DNA of 64,000 nt from positions 201,151-265,150 of the forward strand of contig CAXXQE010000001.1 in assembly GCA_963665615.2 (NCBI GenBank), written 5' to 3'. This DNA is from Syntrophales bacterium. GTDB lineage: Bacteria > Desulfobacterota > Syntrophia > Syntrophales > UBA4778. The notes under the pieces are model-generated. The model worked only from the letters and a program-made list of their open reading frames with translations, did no database searches and was not told the DNA's origin. Each line of letters starts with the position of its first letter. The first letter of the stretch is position 1. Position numbers and translations under genes: made by a program. Of this stretch, positions 46,596 through 55,078 are shown one piece after another.

Positions 46596-47058
46596 ATGCG
46601 CTCTGATCGATTAGGATTTACACTCATAGAATTGATGATCGTCATCTCACTTCTGGGTATTGTCCTGGCCATTGCGATACCTGCCTTCATGGAGATTGTC
46701 GACGGTCTGAATTTGAGGGCTGCAGCCAGGGGGGGTGGCGTCAGATATCTTTCTGATCCGGGGGCGCGCCGTTTCTGAGAATCGCGCTTATCGAATAACC
46801 TTTACCCGGGCGGATAACACCTACCGCATCTATAAGCGCAACGACGCCGATACCGACTGGGAGGGACCGTTCCAAACCAGGTTGCTGTCTTCATTCGGCG
46901 CTGGCGTTGTCTTTGGATTTGAGGATTCGAAAAGCATCAACTTCCAGGCGCGTGGAACCGTCTCCGCCAACACAATCACTCTGCACAATAAGGATTCCGA
47001 CGCCAGCATCACCATCAATTTTGCCGGGAGGAGCTATGTCACACTCAATCAGAAATGA
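46596..47058 (+). pseudogene. FimT/GspH-like minor pilin (module 1) interrupted by a +1 frameshift in a G7 tract
   Basis: Prepilin N-terminus RLGFTLIELMIVISLLGI. The frame switches at G7 (46729-46735). Removing one G joins ORF 46596.. to ORF ..47058 (..AARGVASDIFLIRGRAVSENRAYRITF..), giving 153 aa collinear with the 52970 paralog. Confidence 0.8.
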
Positions 47059-47437
47059 TGAAGCCTTCAGTCTTATCGAGGTTCTCATTGCCCTGTCGCT
47101 CGTCTCGTTGTGCCTGTTGGGGCTTTTGTCGATGCAGCCCCAATCCTGGCAGTTGATTGGCAAGGCCGACTACCTTAGCCGAGCGGCAGGTATTCTGAAC
47201 GATGAGCTTGAAAAAACGGAGTTGATGATTCTGAATCCGGAAAATGAAGTGCCGGATGATTTGCAGACGGAGCGAGCCGTAGGGTGCGGAGAAATGACTT
47301 TTATGGTCCGAACAACTGTAAGCGGCGTTGGAGAACGCTTCTATGCCGTTACGACGCAAGTCACATGGCCCGGAAATGCCAGGGGTATTTCCGGCAGTCG
47401 CCGTATTACCCGACAGGAGACTTTCAGACCATCATGA
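47036..47437 (+). CDS. pilV: PilV-like minor pilin (module 1)
   Basis: 133 aa. N-terminus EAFSLIEVLIALSLVSL. Collinear with the 53427 paralog (..LSMQP..W...GK.D.L.RAAGIL..ELE..). It overlaps the preceding gene. Confidence 0.7.
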   Translation: MSHSIRNDEAFSLIEVLIALSLVSLCLLGLLSMQPQSWQLIGKADYLSRAAGILNDELEKTELMILNPENEVPDDLQTERAVGCGEMTFMVRTTVSGVGERFYAVTTQVTWPGNARGISGSRRITRQETFRPS

Positions 47438-48135
47438 GGCGAGAGACAGGGTTCACGCTGATAGAAGTGTTGACGGCCATGATGGTCGGCCTTTTGGCCC
47501 TCGGGATCATTTATTCTTTGATTATCGTGGGAAGAAAATCGGCTGGTGGGGTTGAACTGAAAAGCGCCGCGGATCAGGATGTACGTGCGGCACTCGAGAT
47601 CATGAGCATGGAGATTCGAATGGCATCATTCAATCCTAAACATCGATGTGGCATTTGGAAAGATTCTGTAAAACCCATGGCTTTTTTTGCGGCGTACCAG
47701 CGCTATAAAGGGATACAGGAGGCAACGCCGACGGCGCTGACCATAGAGATGGACATCAACGGCAACGGGATCATCGCTACAGGTGCAAATGACGAAACAG
47801 AGGTCATCCGCTATGAATATGTCCACACCAACGGCAATCAGTATATGACCCGGAGTACCAACGGGGGTGGAGCCCAACCCTTTCTGGGGGATCGTGCGAA
47901 TAGAAACGTTCCGAAAACCGTCCGGGTCATTAATGGGGACGCCTTGCCGATTTTTCAATATTTTGATGCCGGGGGACAGCTTATTGATCAGGATTTGGCG
48001 AGCCGCCTTGACAAGATTAGGCGGATAGAGATTACGCTGAAGGTTGAAACAGATGAAGTGTCGCCCGACACCGGAAGACGGCGGCAGATGACGTATCTCA
48101 CCAGTGTCATTCCGAGGAATCATGCAATCCCATGA
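47434..48135 (+). CDS. pilW: PilW-like minor pilin (module 1)
   Basis: 233 aa. N-terminus ETGFTLIEVLTAMMVGL. Shares QDVRAALEIMSMEIRMASFNP with the 53850 paralog. ATGA start/stop overlap with pilV. Confidence 0.7.
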   Translation: MRRETGFTLIEVLTAMMVGLLALGIIYSLIIVGRKSAGGVELKSAADQDVRAALEIMSMEIRMASFNPKHRCGIWKDSVKPMAFFAAYQRYKGIQEATPTALTIEMDINGNGIIATGANDETEVIRYEYVHTNGNQYMTRSTNGGGAQPFLGDRANRNVPKTVRVINGDALPIFQYFDAGGQLIDQDLASRLDKIRRIEITLKVETDEVSPDTGRRRQMTYLTSVIPRNHAIP

Positions 48136-48559
48136 CATGCGGGGCTTTGCCCTGATTGCAGCCCTGATCGCGGTTCTACTGCTCATGTGCGTCGGCGTCA
48201 TGGCGCTGATGCTTTCAACAGAGGACTATACCATGGGGGCGAGAATCGTCGCGGAAAAGAAAGTCTTTTCGTCCGTTCAAGAAGGGATCCATGACCTGGC
48301 CTATCATTTCGATCCATCTGCACCGACAGCGATCCCGAGGACTCCTGCGATTGACCCGGATTGCTCATATTCGGCGACCCGTCCGGTATTGTCCGATCAG
48401 CCTTACTATACGGGTGTCGGCAACGCGCCTGACAAGGCCTTTGTGCTCTATGAGTCGGATGTGCGAGGGGAATATGGAAACTCGGCGTCGAGAATCGAAG
48501 TTGCGGTGCAATTGGGCTATGGGCCCGTACAGATTACCACCAACTATGGCAACCCGTAA
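48122..48559 (+). CDS. pilX: PilX-like minor pilin (module 1)
   Basis: 145 aa. MRGFALIAALIAVLLLMCVGVMAL is a PilX N-terminal-domain-like segment. Confidence 0.6.
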   Translation: MQSHDMRGFALIAALIAVLLLMCVGVMALMLSTEDYTMGARIVAEKKVFSSVQEGIHDLAYHFDPSAPTAIPRTPAIDPDCSYSATRPVLSDQPYYTGVGNAPDKAFVLYESDVRGEYGNSASRIEVAVQLGYGPVQITTNYGNP

Positions 48560-48779
48560 CGGGCTGTTGCCCCGGGAGCGCATTCCTGGAGGGAGGTGCA
48601 ATCAGGTCCAACCTGTTCCACCGGTTCATATACTGCATTGCGCTTCTGAACTCCCCCCGAAAAAGCATCGGGGCAGGCGCATGCGCACATGCACAAAAAA
48701 GTATGCTCCCGAGCTCGTTATCCCCGACGAGCTCGGGACAAGACTGGCGCCTTGTCTCTGAACCTTTTTGAACAGCCCG
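48560..48779. repeat. ~220-bp member of the GGCTGTT...AACAGCC hairpin-element family, inserted between pilX and pilY1
   Basis: Ends: CGGGCTGTT (48560-48568) and AACAGCCCG (48771-48779). The right end CGCCTTGTCTCTGAACCTTTTTGAACAGCC matches the reverse complement of 21874-21903 with one mismatch. Internal perfect palindrome CCCGAGCTCGT-N8-ACGAGCTCGGG. Confidence 0.65.
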
Positions 48780-48917
48780 CACAAACCGGGGGAGCGTCTC
48801 GTTAGCAGATTAAGGGGGCACTACTGTTTTGACTAGGATGGTGTTTACAAAATTGTACGAAGTGAGTTGCAATTTGTCAGTCGATAGCCGTTAGCTCAAA
48901 GAAAAAGGGAGTGGATT

Positions 48918-51788
48918 ATGAATCGAGCGAGTCTGTGGTTGGTATTGCCGGCAATAGTATGGAGTCTTACCTGGTCGGCATGTCATGCCGGTGATGAGGC
49001 GCTTTTTACCTCCGGGGTTAATCCTCATGTGCTCATCATTGTCGACCTATCGATCAGCATGAAACTGGACATTGCCGGAAACGTGCCGGCGGATGAGCAT
49101 GCCTCCCGGCTGAGTTATGCCAAGGCTGCCATCCGAACTGTTCTCGATGCGGACAGGCAAAACCCCACGATCGATGAGGCCGACGAACGGGCGCTTCAAA
49201 TCGATTTCGGTTATATGCGATTTTCAGGCTGCCGTTCGGACAACCTCGATAGATGCATCGAGGTACGTGACGAAATCGGCAGCCCATATCGCGATATCTG
49301 GGACCATATCGACCGAGAAACCATCGCCGATGCGCCGCCGGGTTTTACGCCTATTGCCACGGTCCTGCAAAAAGCAAAGGCCTACTTCCAACAGTATGAA
49401 TGTCGCGGGAAACGCTGTGCCGGCAAGTATGTCCTGTTGATTACCGACGGCAATGATACGCTCGCTTGTGACGGGATGAAGGGTGTTGATCCTAGACAAG
49501 CCGAGTTCCAAAAGGATCAGTACAAGAGACGACGCGCCTCTGTTGCCGCCGCCAAGGACCTCGCCGAAGCCGGGATCAAGGTTTTTGTTGTCGGTTTTGG
49601 AGGGAAAATGAACGATTTTCAGCAGAGGGCTCTCAACTGGATAGCTTATTACGGTGGAACAGACAACCCTGCGATGAATGTCCCCGGTCTTCTTGACAAG
49701 TCCGACCCGGCGGCCTTTTACACCTCTATTGGGAATCCTTGCTCCGGTGGGGTAATTCCCGGAACCGACATTGTTTCTCCTGTGAATGACGGTTGTGGGG
49801 GGATGAGCCCCCTGTGCTTTGCAAAAAAGAATGACCCCGGAACCATTCCCCTGGAGGGCTATGCATTTCAAGCAGCCGATGCGGCGGGACTAGCGGAAGC
49901 ACTTAAAAACATCCTTGGGGTCATCCGGCCAGGGGAGTACAGTTTTACCTCTCCACAGGTATCCTGCGGCGGCGCCAACGCGGGACGGTACCTCTATGCG
50001 GCCTCCTTCGAACCTCGGGATGATGCTTTCTGGCCGGGTCATCTGAAAAAATTTCCAATTGGCGATAACGGTACAATCGGGACCCCCCTTTGGGATGCCG
50101 GGGAAATCCTTCAGCGTAATTACAATGCGCCGGGTTCCAGAACAGTCTATACAACCCGAGAGGGGATATTGACGCCCTTCCGCGTCGATACGATGTCTGC
50201 GGAGTTGCTGGCCAGTCCGGCAATCGATCGCGTGGTCGGCTATACTCGCGGTGAGGAACCGATCTACAATCCCCATAACCAGAATAAGCTTGGCGATATC
50301 GTTCACACAAACCCCGTCTGCATCGGGCAACCAACGCCCTTTTTTATCGACTTCATCGATAAGAATGTCGATCACGACGGCAAGAGGGGATTCGACCGTT
50401 TTCGGGAAGGACAGGGCGGTCGCGCCAGCGTCCTGTATGCCGGTGCCAACGACGGGCAGCTGCATGCTTTCAACGCCGAGACCGGCATGGAGCTCTGGAG
50501 TTTCATTCCCCCGAACCTTTTGCCCAGATTGCAGGAGATCACGCATAACGTTGATTCACCTGACTCGCCGGTTTTTCACCAGTATCTTGTCGATGGGCCA
50601 ATCACCGCAGCCGATGTCTGGCTGCCGTCTGCGGGCAACGTCAACGGTGGAGAGAAAAAAGACGGGGCCGAGTGGCATACCTGTTTGATTGTTGGCGAGG
50701 GACGGGGAGGCAGTCGAACCCTCTGGAGCAAAGATCCAAATTGTGGTCTCGGTTTCAATCCTCTGTATCGCTCCGACTTTCCCTATTATTGCGGCTACTA
50801 TGCCTTCGATGTCACCAATACTACCCTACCCCGTCTCAAATGGATCCTTCAACCCGGGACGTCGGATGCCCAATATTTCGGGCAACCATGGGCGAAGCCC
50901 GCGATCGGGCGGGTTCTGGACGACAACAGGGAGGTCTGGGTGGGATTTCTTGGGGGCGGTTTCAACGGGGGCAGGGGGATTTTTGCCTTCAGCATGGGTG
51001 ACGGCTCGATTTTATGGCGAAAGGCGGCGCTGTCTCATGATGTTGTGGCGACCCCGCTTCTAATCGATACAGACCAGGACGGGTTTGTCGATCGGGTTTA
51101 TGCTGCCGATCTAGGAGGCAATGTCTGGCGGTTTAAATTGTGCAAGAAGGGAGAGGTTTGCGGGCATGCGTCATGGAGTGGCGACATTTTTTTTCGTTCG
51201 TCGGATAATGAGCCTGTTTTTACCGGCCTGACTGCTGCACGGGATGCGGATGGACGCCTCTGGATCTATTGGGGAACTGGCGACAAACCAAATCCAACAG
51301 CCATGGACACGACCGATCGGTTCTATGCCGTGCAAGATGACGACGGCGCCGGAGTCGGCTTGCCTTTTCTGGGTACGATCGAGCGTTACAACGAAAGTCC
51401 CGATAGCTATAAGGGGTGGTATTACTCTTTTGCTGCGCGGGGCGAAAAAATGCTTTCCGAGCCCTCTGTCCTGAATGGCATTGTCTATTTTACGACCTAT
51501 GTGCCTCCAGATGGGATAAACGCCGATATCTGCGATCAGGTCGGTTATTCCAACTTCTATGCCTTGCACTTTGACTCTGGTCGGGGCGCTTTGGCGCAAG
51601 GAGCGCTTTACCGCAACGCAGGCGCCGGATTGGCCTCATCGGTTGCCCTTGTTCCAACCAAGACAGGTACGGTTGCCTTCTTAGCAAGGAGCCACGGTAA
51701 AGGCAGACCGGATGACCGCCTGTGGCTGCCCAGAGCGGATGCTTTGATCACAAATATTCTTTACTGGCGCGATAAGAGATTGAAATAG
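48918..51788 (+). CDS. pilY1: PilY1-like pilus tip protein with an N-terminal vWA domain (module 1)
   Basis: 956 aa with a signal peptide. vWA MIDAS elements: VLIIVDLSISM and VLLITDGND. PilY1 propeller motifs: LYAGANDGQLHAF and VYAADLGGNVWRF. Confidence 0.8.
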   Translation: MNRASLWLVLPAIVWSLTWSACHAGDEALFTSGVNPHVLIIVDLSISMKLDIAGNVPADEHASRLSYAKAAIRTVLDADRQNPTIDEADERALQIDFGYMRFSGCRSDNLDRCIEVRDEIGSPYRDIWDHIDRETIADAPPGFTPIATVLQKAKAYFQQYECRGKRCAGKYVLLITDGNDTLACDGMKGVDPRQAEFQKDQYKRRRASVAAAKDLAEAGIKVFVVGFGGKMNDFQQRALNWIAYYGGTDNPAMNVPGLLDKSDPAAFYTSIGNPCSGGVIPGTDIVSPVNDGCGGMSPLCFAKKNDPGTIPLEGYAFQAADAAGLAEALKNILGVIRPGEYSFTSPQVSCGGANAGRYLYAASFEPRDDAFWPGHLKKFPIGDNGTIGTPLWDAGEILQRNYNAPGSRTVYTTREGILTPFRVDTMSAELLASPAIDRVVGYTRGEEPIYNPHNQNKLGDIVHTNPVCIGQPTPFFIDFIDKNVDHDGKRGFDRFREGQGGRASVLYAGANDGQLHAFNAETGMELWSFIPPNLLPRLQEITHNVDSPDSPVFHQYLVDGPITAADVWLPSAGNVNGGEKKDGAEWHTCLIVGEGRGGSRTLWSKDPNCGLGFNPLYRSDFPYYCGYYAFDVTNTTLPRLKWILQPGTSDAQYFGQPWAKPAIGRVLDDNREVWVGFLGGGFNGGRGIFAFSMGDGSILWRKAALSHDVVATPLLIDTDQDGFVDRVYAADLGGNVWRFKLCKKGEVCGHASWSGDIFFRSSDNEPVFTGLTAARDADGRLWIYWGTGDKPNPTAMDTTDRFYAVQDDDGAGVGLPFLGTIERYNESPDSYKGWYYSFAARGEKMLSEPSVLNGIVYFTTYVPPDGINADICDQVGYSNFYALHFDSGRGALAQGALYRNAGAGLASSVALVPTKTGTVAFLARSHGKGRPDDRLWLPRADALITNILYWRDKRLK

Positions 51789-51989
51789 AGTCGGGACCCA
51801 GAGTAGAAAAAGGTGTCTTTTGTCCTGGCGATTTCATAATGCGCCTGCTTGTCTTTGATCCTTCCCTCCCCCCTTTTTTTTCTGTGTGATGTCAGATAGG
51901 ATTAATCAGCCTTCAGGTCGAGGTCGAAGCGCCTCACTATTCGTGGGATATTTTTGTCTAACTCTCCAAATAAATGAGATATTTTTTAT

Positions 51990-52005
51990 TGTGACCACCG
52001 TCACA
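51990..52005. promoter_or_regulatory. Perfect TGTGA-N6-TCACA palindrome (CRP/FNR-type half-sites) upstream of pilD
   Basis: TGTGACCACCGTCACA sits in AT-rich flanks, ~158 bp upstream of ATG 52163. It can also be read as TTGTGAC-CACC-GTCACAA and so contains two GTNAC cores. Confidence 0.4.
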
Positions 52006-52162
52006 AAATAAATAAAAGTCTGTTAAGGTTGTGCGCGCGATGACCGATAACAGGCATTGAAGGGCACCCACAAGTGGTTTTCTGTGTGGCCTTGGTAGAA
52101 CGAAAGCGAGCCCCAAAAAGATGATAGATTGTATCTACTTAAAATGATTAAAGGATATTGAA

Positions 52163-52930
52163 ATGCAGATTGTGTCCGCTATCCTGATTTTTCTGTTTGG
52201 TGCTGCGATCGGCAGTTTCCTTAATGTCTGCATCTACCGGATTCCCGAGGGGAAATCGATCATTCAACCTGGGTCGGCCTGTCCAAAGTGCGGTAAACCC
52301 GTTCGTGCTTACGACAACATTCCAATCCTGAGCTACATCATGCTCAAGGGGAAATGCCGCGACTGTGGGGAGCCCATTTCCTTCCGCTATGTCATCGTTG
52401 AGGCCTTGACAGGCGGAATGCTTCTGGCTCTCTATCTGAAATATGGTTTGTCATTGTCGCTTGCCGCTACTTTTCTCTTTACGGCGGCTTTGATTGTCAT
52501 CACCTTCATTGATCTCGATCACCAAATCATTCCAGATGTGATCTCGCTGCCCGGCATCCCGGTCTTTTATCTGGCGGCCGTATTCGTCATGAAACTGAAC
52601 TACCTCGATGCGCTGCTGGGGATGGTGATCGGCGGCGGAGCGCTTTTTCTGATCTCTTACGGTTATCGGCTCTTCACCAAGCGGGACGGCATGGGAATGG
52701 GCGACGTGAAGCTCCTGGCGATGCTGGGGGCCTTTTTGGGTTGGAAGTCGCTGATCTTTATCCTTTTCGTCAGTTCTTTTTTCGGGTCTCTGATCGGGGT
52801 GACCATTATTTTGATAAAAAAAGGCAATATGAAGTATGCGATTCCGTATGGTCCATTTTTATCTGTGGCCGCGATAGCGTATTTATTCTTGGGGCAAAAG
52901 ATTGTCGGGTTTCTTTTTAGGGGATATTGA
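52163..52930 (+). CDS. pilD: Prepilin peptidase / N-methyltransferase (A24 family)
   Basis: 255 aa. Cys motifs: CPKCGKPV and CRDCGEPI. The protein is polytopic, with the catalytic region GMGMGDVKLLA. Confidence 0.9.
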   Translation: MQIVSAILIFLFGAAIGSFLNVCIYRIPEGKSIIQPGSACPKCGKPVRAYDNIPILSYIMLKGKCRDCGEPISFRYVIVEALTGGMLLALYLKYGLSLSLAATFLFTAALIVITFIDLDHQIIPDVISLPGIPVFYLAAVFVMKLNYLDALLGMVIGGGALFLISYGYRLFTKRDGMGMGDVKLLAMLGAFLGWKSLIFILFVSSFFGSLIGVTIILIKKGNMKYAIPYGPFLSVAAIAYLFLGQKIVGFLFRGY

Positions 52931-52969
52931 GTCGTGAGCGGTATGTTTTCCAATAACAGGTGGAGTGAC

Positions 52970-53449
52970 ATGAAGAGGCGCTTGAAATCTGAAGGAGGGT
53001 TCTCTCTTGTTGAGATAATAGTTGCTATCGCTCTGCTTGCGATAGTCTTGGGAATTGCAGTGCCTGCGTATCAAACTTACATCCAGAATGCTAACTTGAA
53101 AACGGCGACGAGACAGATTACCTCGGATATCGCTATGTTGAAGACGCGGGCGCTAGCAGATAGACGCCAGTACCGCATCAGTTTTCCAGCGATTCCCGGA
53201 ACGACCTATACTATAGAACAGGGGACGTCAACGGGGGAACCCTATAACGCCATTCAAACAAGAGATCTGATAACTGATGCACCCGGCGTGGCTATTAGCG
53301 CTTCGACCTTTGACAATAACCGCATTGTATTTCAGATGCGCGGCATTTGTTCGAACGGTGCGCTCACTTTAATGAATATCAGAAATTCATCGGCCAATAT
53401 CAGCTCCAGTATTACGGGGAGGATCAATGTCACTTATACAATGCAATAA
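52970..53449 (+). CDS. FimT/GspH-like minor pilin (module 2)
   Basis: ATG 52970 follows AGGTGGAG. N-terminus EGGFSLVEIIVAIALLAI. ORF 52934.. has a possible upstream GTG. Confidence 0.7.
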   Translation: MKRRLKSEGGFSLVEIIVAIALLAIVLGIAVPAYQTYIQNANLKTATRQITSDIAMLKTRALADRRQYRISFPAIPGTTYTIEQGTSTGEPYNAIQTRDLITDAPGVAISASTFDNNRIVFQMRGICSNGALTLMNIRNSSANISSSITGRINVTYTMQ

Positions 53450-53846
53450 GGGTTCAACCCTGATCGAGATAATGGTCGCTATCATGCTTACGTCCATTGC
53501 GATTATGGCGGTCATGTCTATGCAACCGGTGGCCTGGGGGGTGGCAGGTAAAACGGATCACCTGGGGAGGGCAGCGGGAATTCTGAAGAGTGAACTGGAG
53601 AGACTAGAATTGTCCATTATGGATCCGGACAACGCTGTTGTTAATGGGACATCGGCTTACACAGTATATTCCAGCGGGCAATCGAGTTCCAATCAGTCCG
53701 TAGATTTTCCCTATACGGTTACATCAACGATCGGCAACATCAACACCAACAGTTGGTGGATTACCGTTGTTGTAAGGTGGCCGGGGAACGCAACGGGCAT
53801 AACTGGAGGGGTTGTGGTTGCCAGACAAGATGTTTTCGGGTCATAA
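53427..53846 (+). CDS. pilV: PilV-like minor pilin (module 2)
   Basis: 139 aa. N-terminus KGSTLIEIMVAIMLTSI. Paralogous to the 47036 gene. Confidence 0.7.
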   Translation: MSLIQCNKGSTLIEIMVAIMLTSIAIMAVMSMQPVAWGVAGKTDHLGRAAGILKSELERLELSIMDPDNAVVNGTSAYTVYSSGQSSSNQSVDFPYTVTSTIGNINTNSWWITVVVRWPGNATGITGGVVVARQDVFGS

Positions 53847-53849
53847 CGC

Positions 53850-54527
53850 ATGAAAACGGAAAAAGGTTTTACACTCATTGAAATATTAATCGCGATGGCG
53901 GTCGGCTTCATTGTCCTTGGCGCCATCTATGCCTCCATGACAACAGGGCAAAGATCGTCGGCTGCCATTGAGCAGCGGATCAGTACGCACCAGGATGCCA
54001 GAACGGCGCTTGAGATCATGGCAGCTGAGATTCGGATGGCATCGTACAATCCAAACGGTGCTGAAAACATCTGGATCGATCTTAGCGGCACGGTCAATCA
54101 GTCCCATAAAGGGATACAATTGGCCTCTTCGACGGCTCTAGGGATAGAGATGGATATGAACGGTAGCGGAGGGATTGAAACGACCGGTAACACGACGGAA
54201 GTGATTACCTATCGGTACGATTCGGACAATCAGCTAATCACGAGGAGTGCCAATTTTGCGGCGCCACAGGAATTTTTGGGGGATACATCGGCGGCACGAG
54301 TGCTTCGGGTAGTCAATGGCGCTACCCCAGTCTTCCGGTATTTCGACGGGGCGGGAAATCCTATTGCTGATCTGGTCAACGATATCCCAAAAATTAAACG
54401 AATTCAGATCACCCTAATCGTTGAAACGAGTCAGAGCTCTCCCATGACTGGGCAGCCAGTTCGGACCATTTATTCAACCAGTATTATTCCGAGGAATCAT
54501 GGAATCGCTAGTGCAACATCACCCTAA
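53850..54527 (+). CDS. pilW: PilW-like minor pilin (module 2)
   Basis: 225 aa. N-terminus EKGFTLIEILIAMAVGF. Shares QDARTALEIMAAEIRMASYNP with the module 1 copy. Confidence 0.7.
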   Translation: MKTEKGFTLIEILIAMAVGFIVLGAIYASMTTGQRSSAAIEQRISTHQDARTALEIMAAEIRMASYNPNGAENIWIDLSGTVNQSHKGIQLASSTALGIEMDMNGSGGIETTGNTTEVITYRYDSDNQLITRSANFAAPQEFLGDTSAARVLRVVNGATPVFRYFDGAGNPIADLVNDIPKIKRIQITLIVETSQSSPMTGQPVRTIYSTSIIPRNHGIASATSP

Positions 54528-55011
54528 TTTTAAAAAAGTGGCTCGCCGTCCCCGCGGACAAAGGGGGTTTGCTCTCATAGCGGCCTTACTCGTTACGATG
54601 ATCCTAATGGCCGTGGGAGTAATGGTGTTGCAACTGACCGGACAGGATATTCAGACGAGCGCCGCCGTTGTGGCTGATGTGAAAGCCACGGCCGCCGCCG
54701 AGGCGGGGGTCCATCAGTTGACACTGACCTTTAACCCCAAAAATGCAGGTGGGGCGCTTGTGAGCAACCAACAGGCGCATCCCTACGATACCGGTGGGCA
54801 ATACACGATCAGTGCTGAACCGCATCAACCGAACCCTAATTTGGGGGAGACAATGGGAGCAACGGCGAGGCTTCCAGGCTTCAGCGGTTGGACCATGCAT
54901 CGATATGTCAAAGGCGAGGTTACGGGAACAAATACCGCATCGAGCAGTACGACGGGGATTGAGGTCGGACTGGGGGTCGTCAGTCCACCGAACAACACAG
55001 AGGGACAGTAG
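54499..55011 (+). CDS. pilX: PilX-like minor pilin (module 2)
   Basis: 170 aa. N-terminus QRGFALIAALLVTMILMAVGVMVL. Confidence 0.6.
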   Translation: MESLVQHHPNFKKVARRPRGQRGFALIAALLVTMILMAVGVMVLQLTGQDIQTSAAVVADVKATAAAEAGVHQLTLTFNPKNAGGALVSNQQAHPYDTGGQYTISAEPHQPNPNLGETMGATARLPGFSGWTMHRYVKGEVTGTNTASSSTTGIEVGLGVVSPPNNTEGQ

Positions 55012-55078
55012 GGGGATGGTATCGTCTCTGCAGTGTGCCTGAAAGTTTACCGTTGATGAGAGAAAGGAACTGATAAAC

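Noticed and set aside
48815-48832. Sigma-54-like promoter GGGGCACTACTGTTTTG upstream of pilY1 (module 1).
   Set aside because: The -24 GGCAC is fine, but the -12 element reads TTTTG instead of TTGC. The match is too weak to call without transcription-start data.
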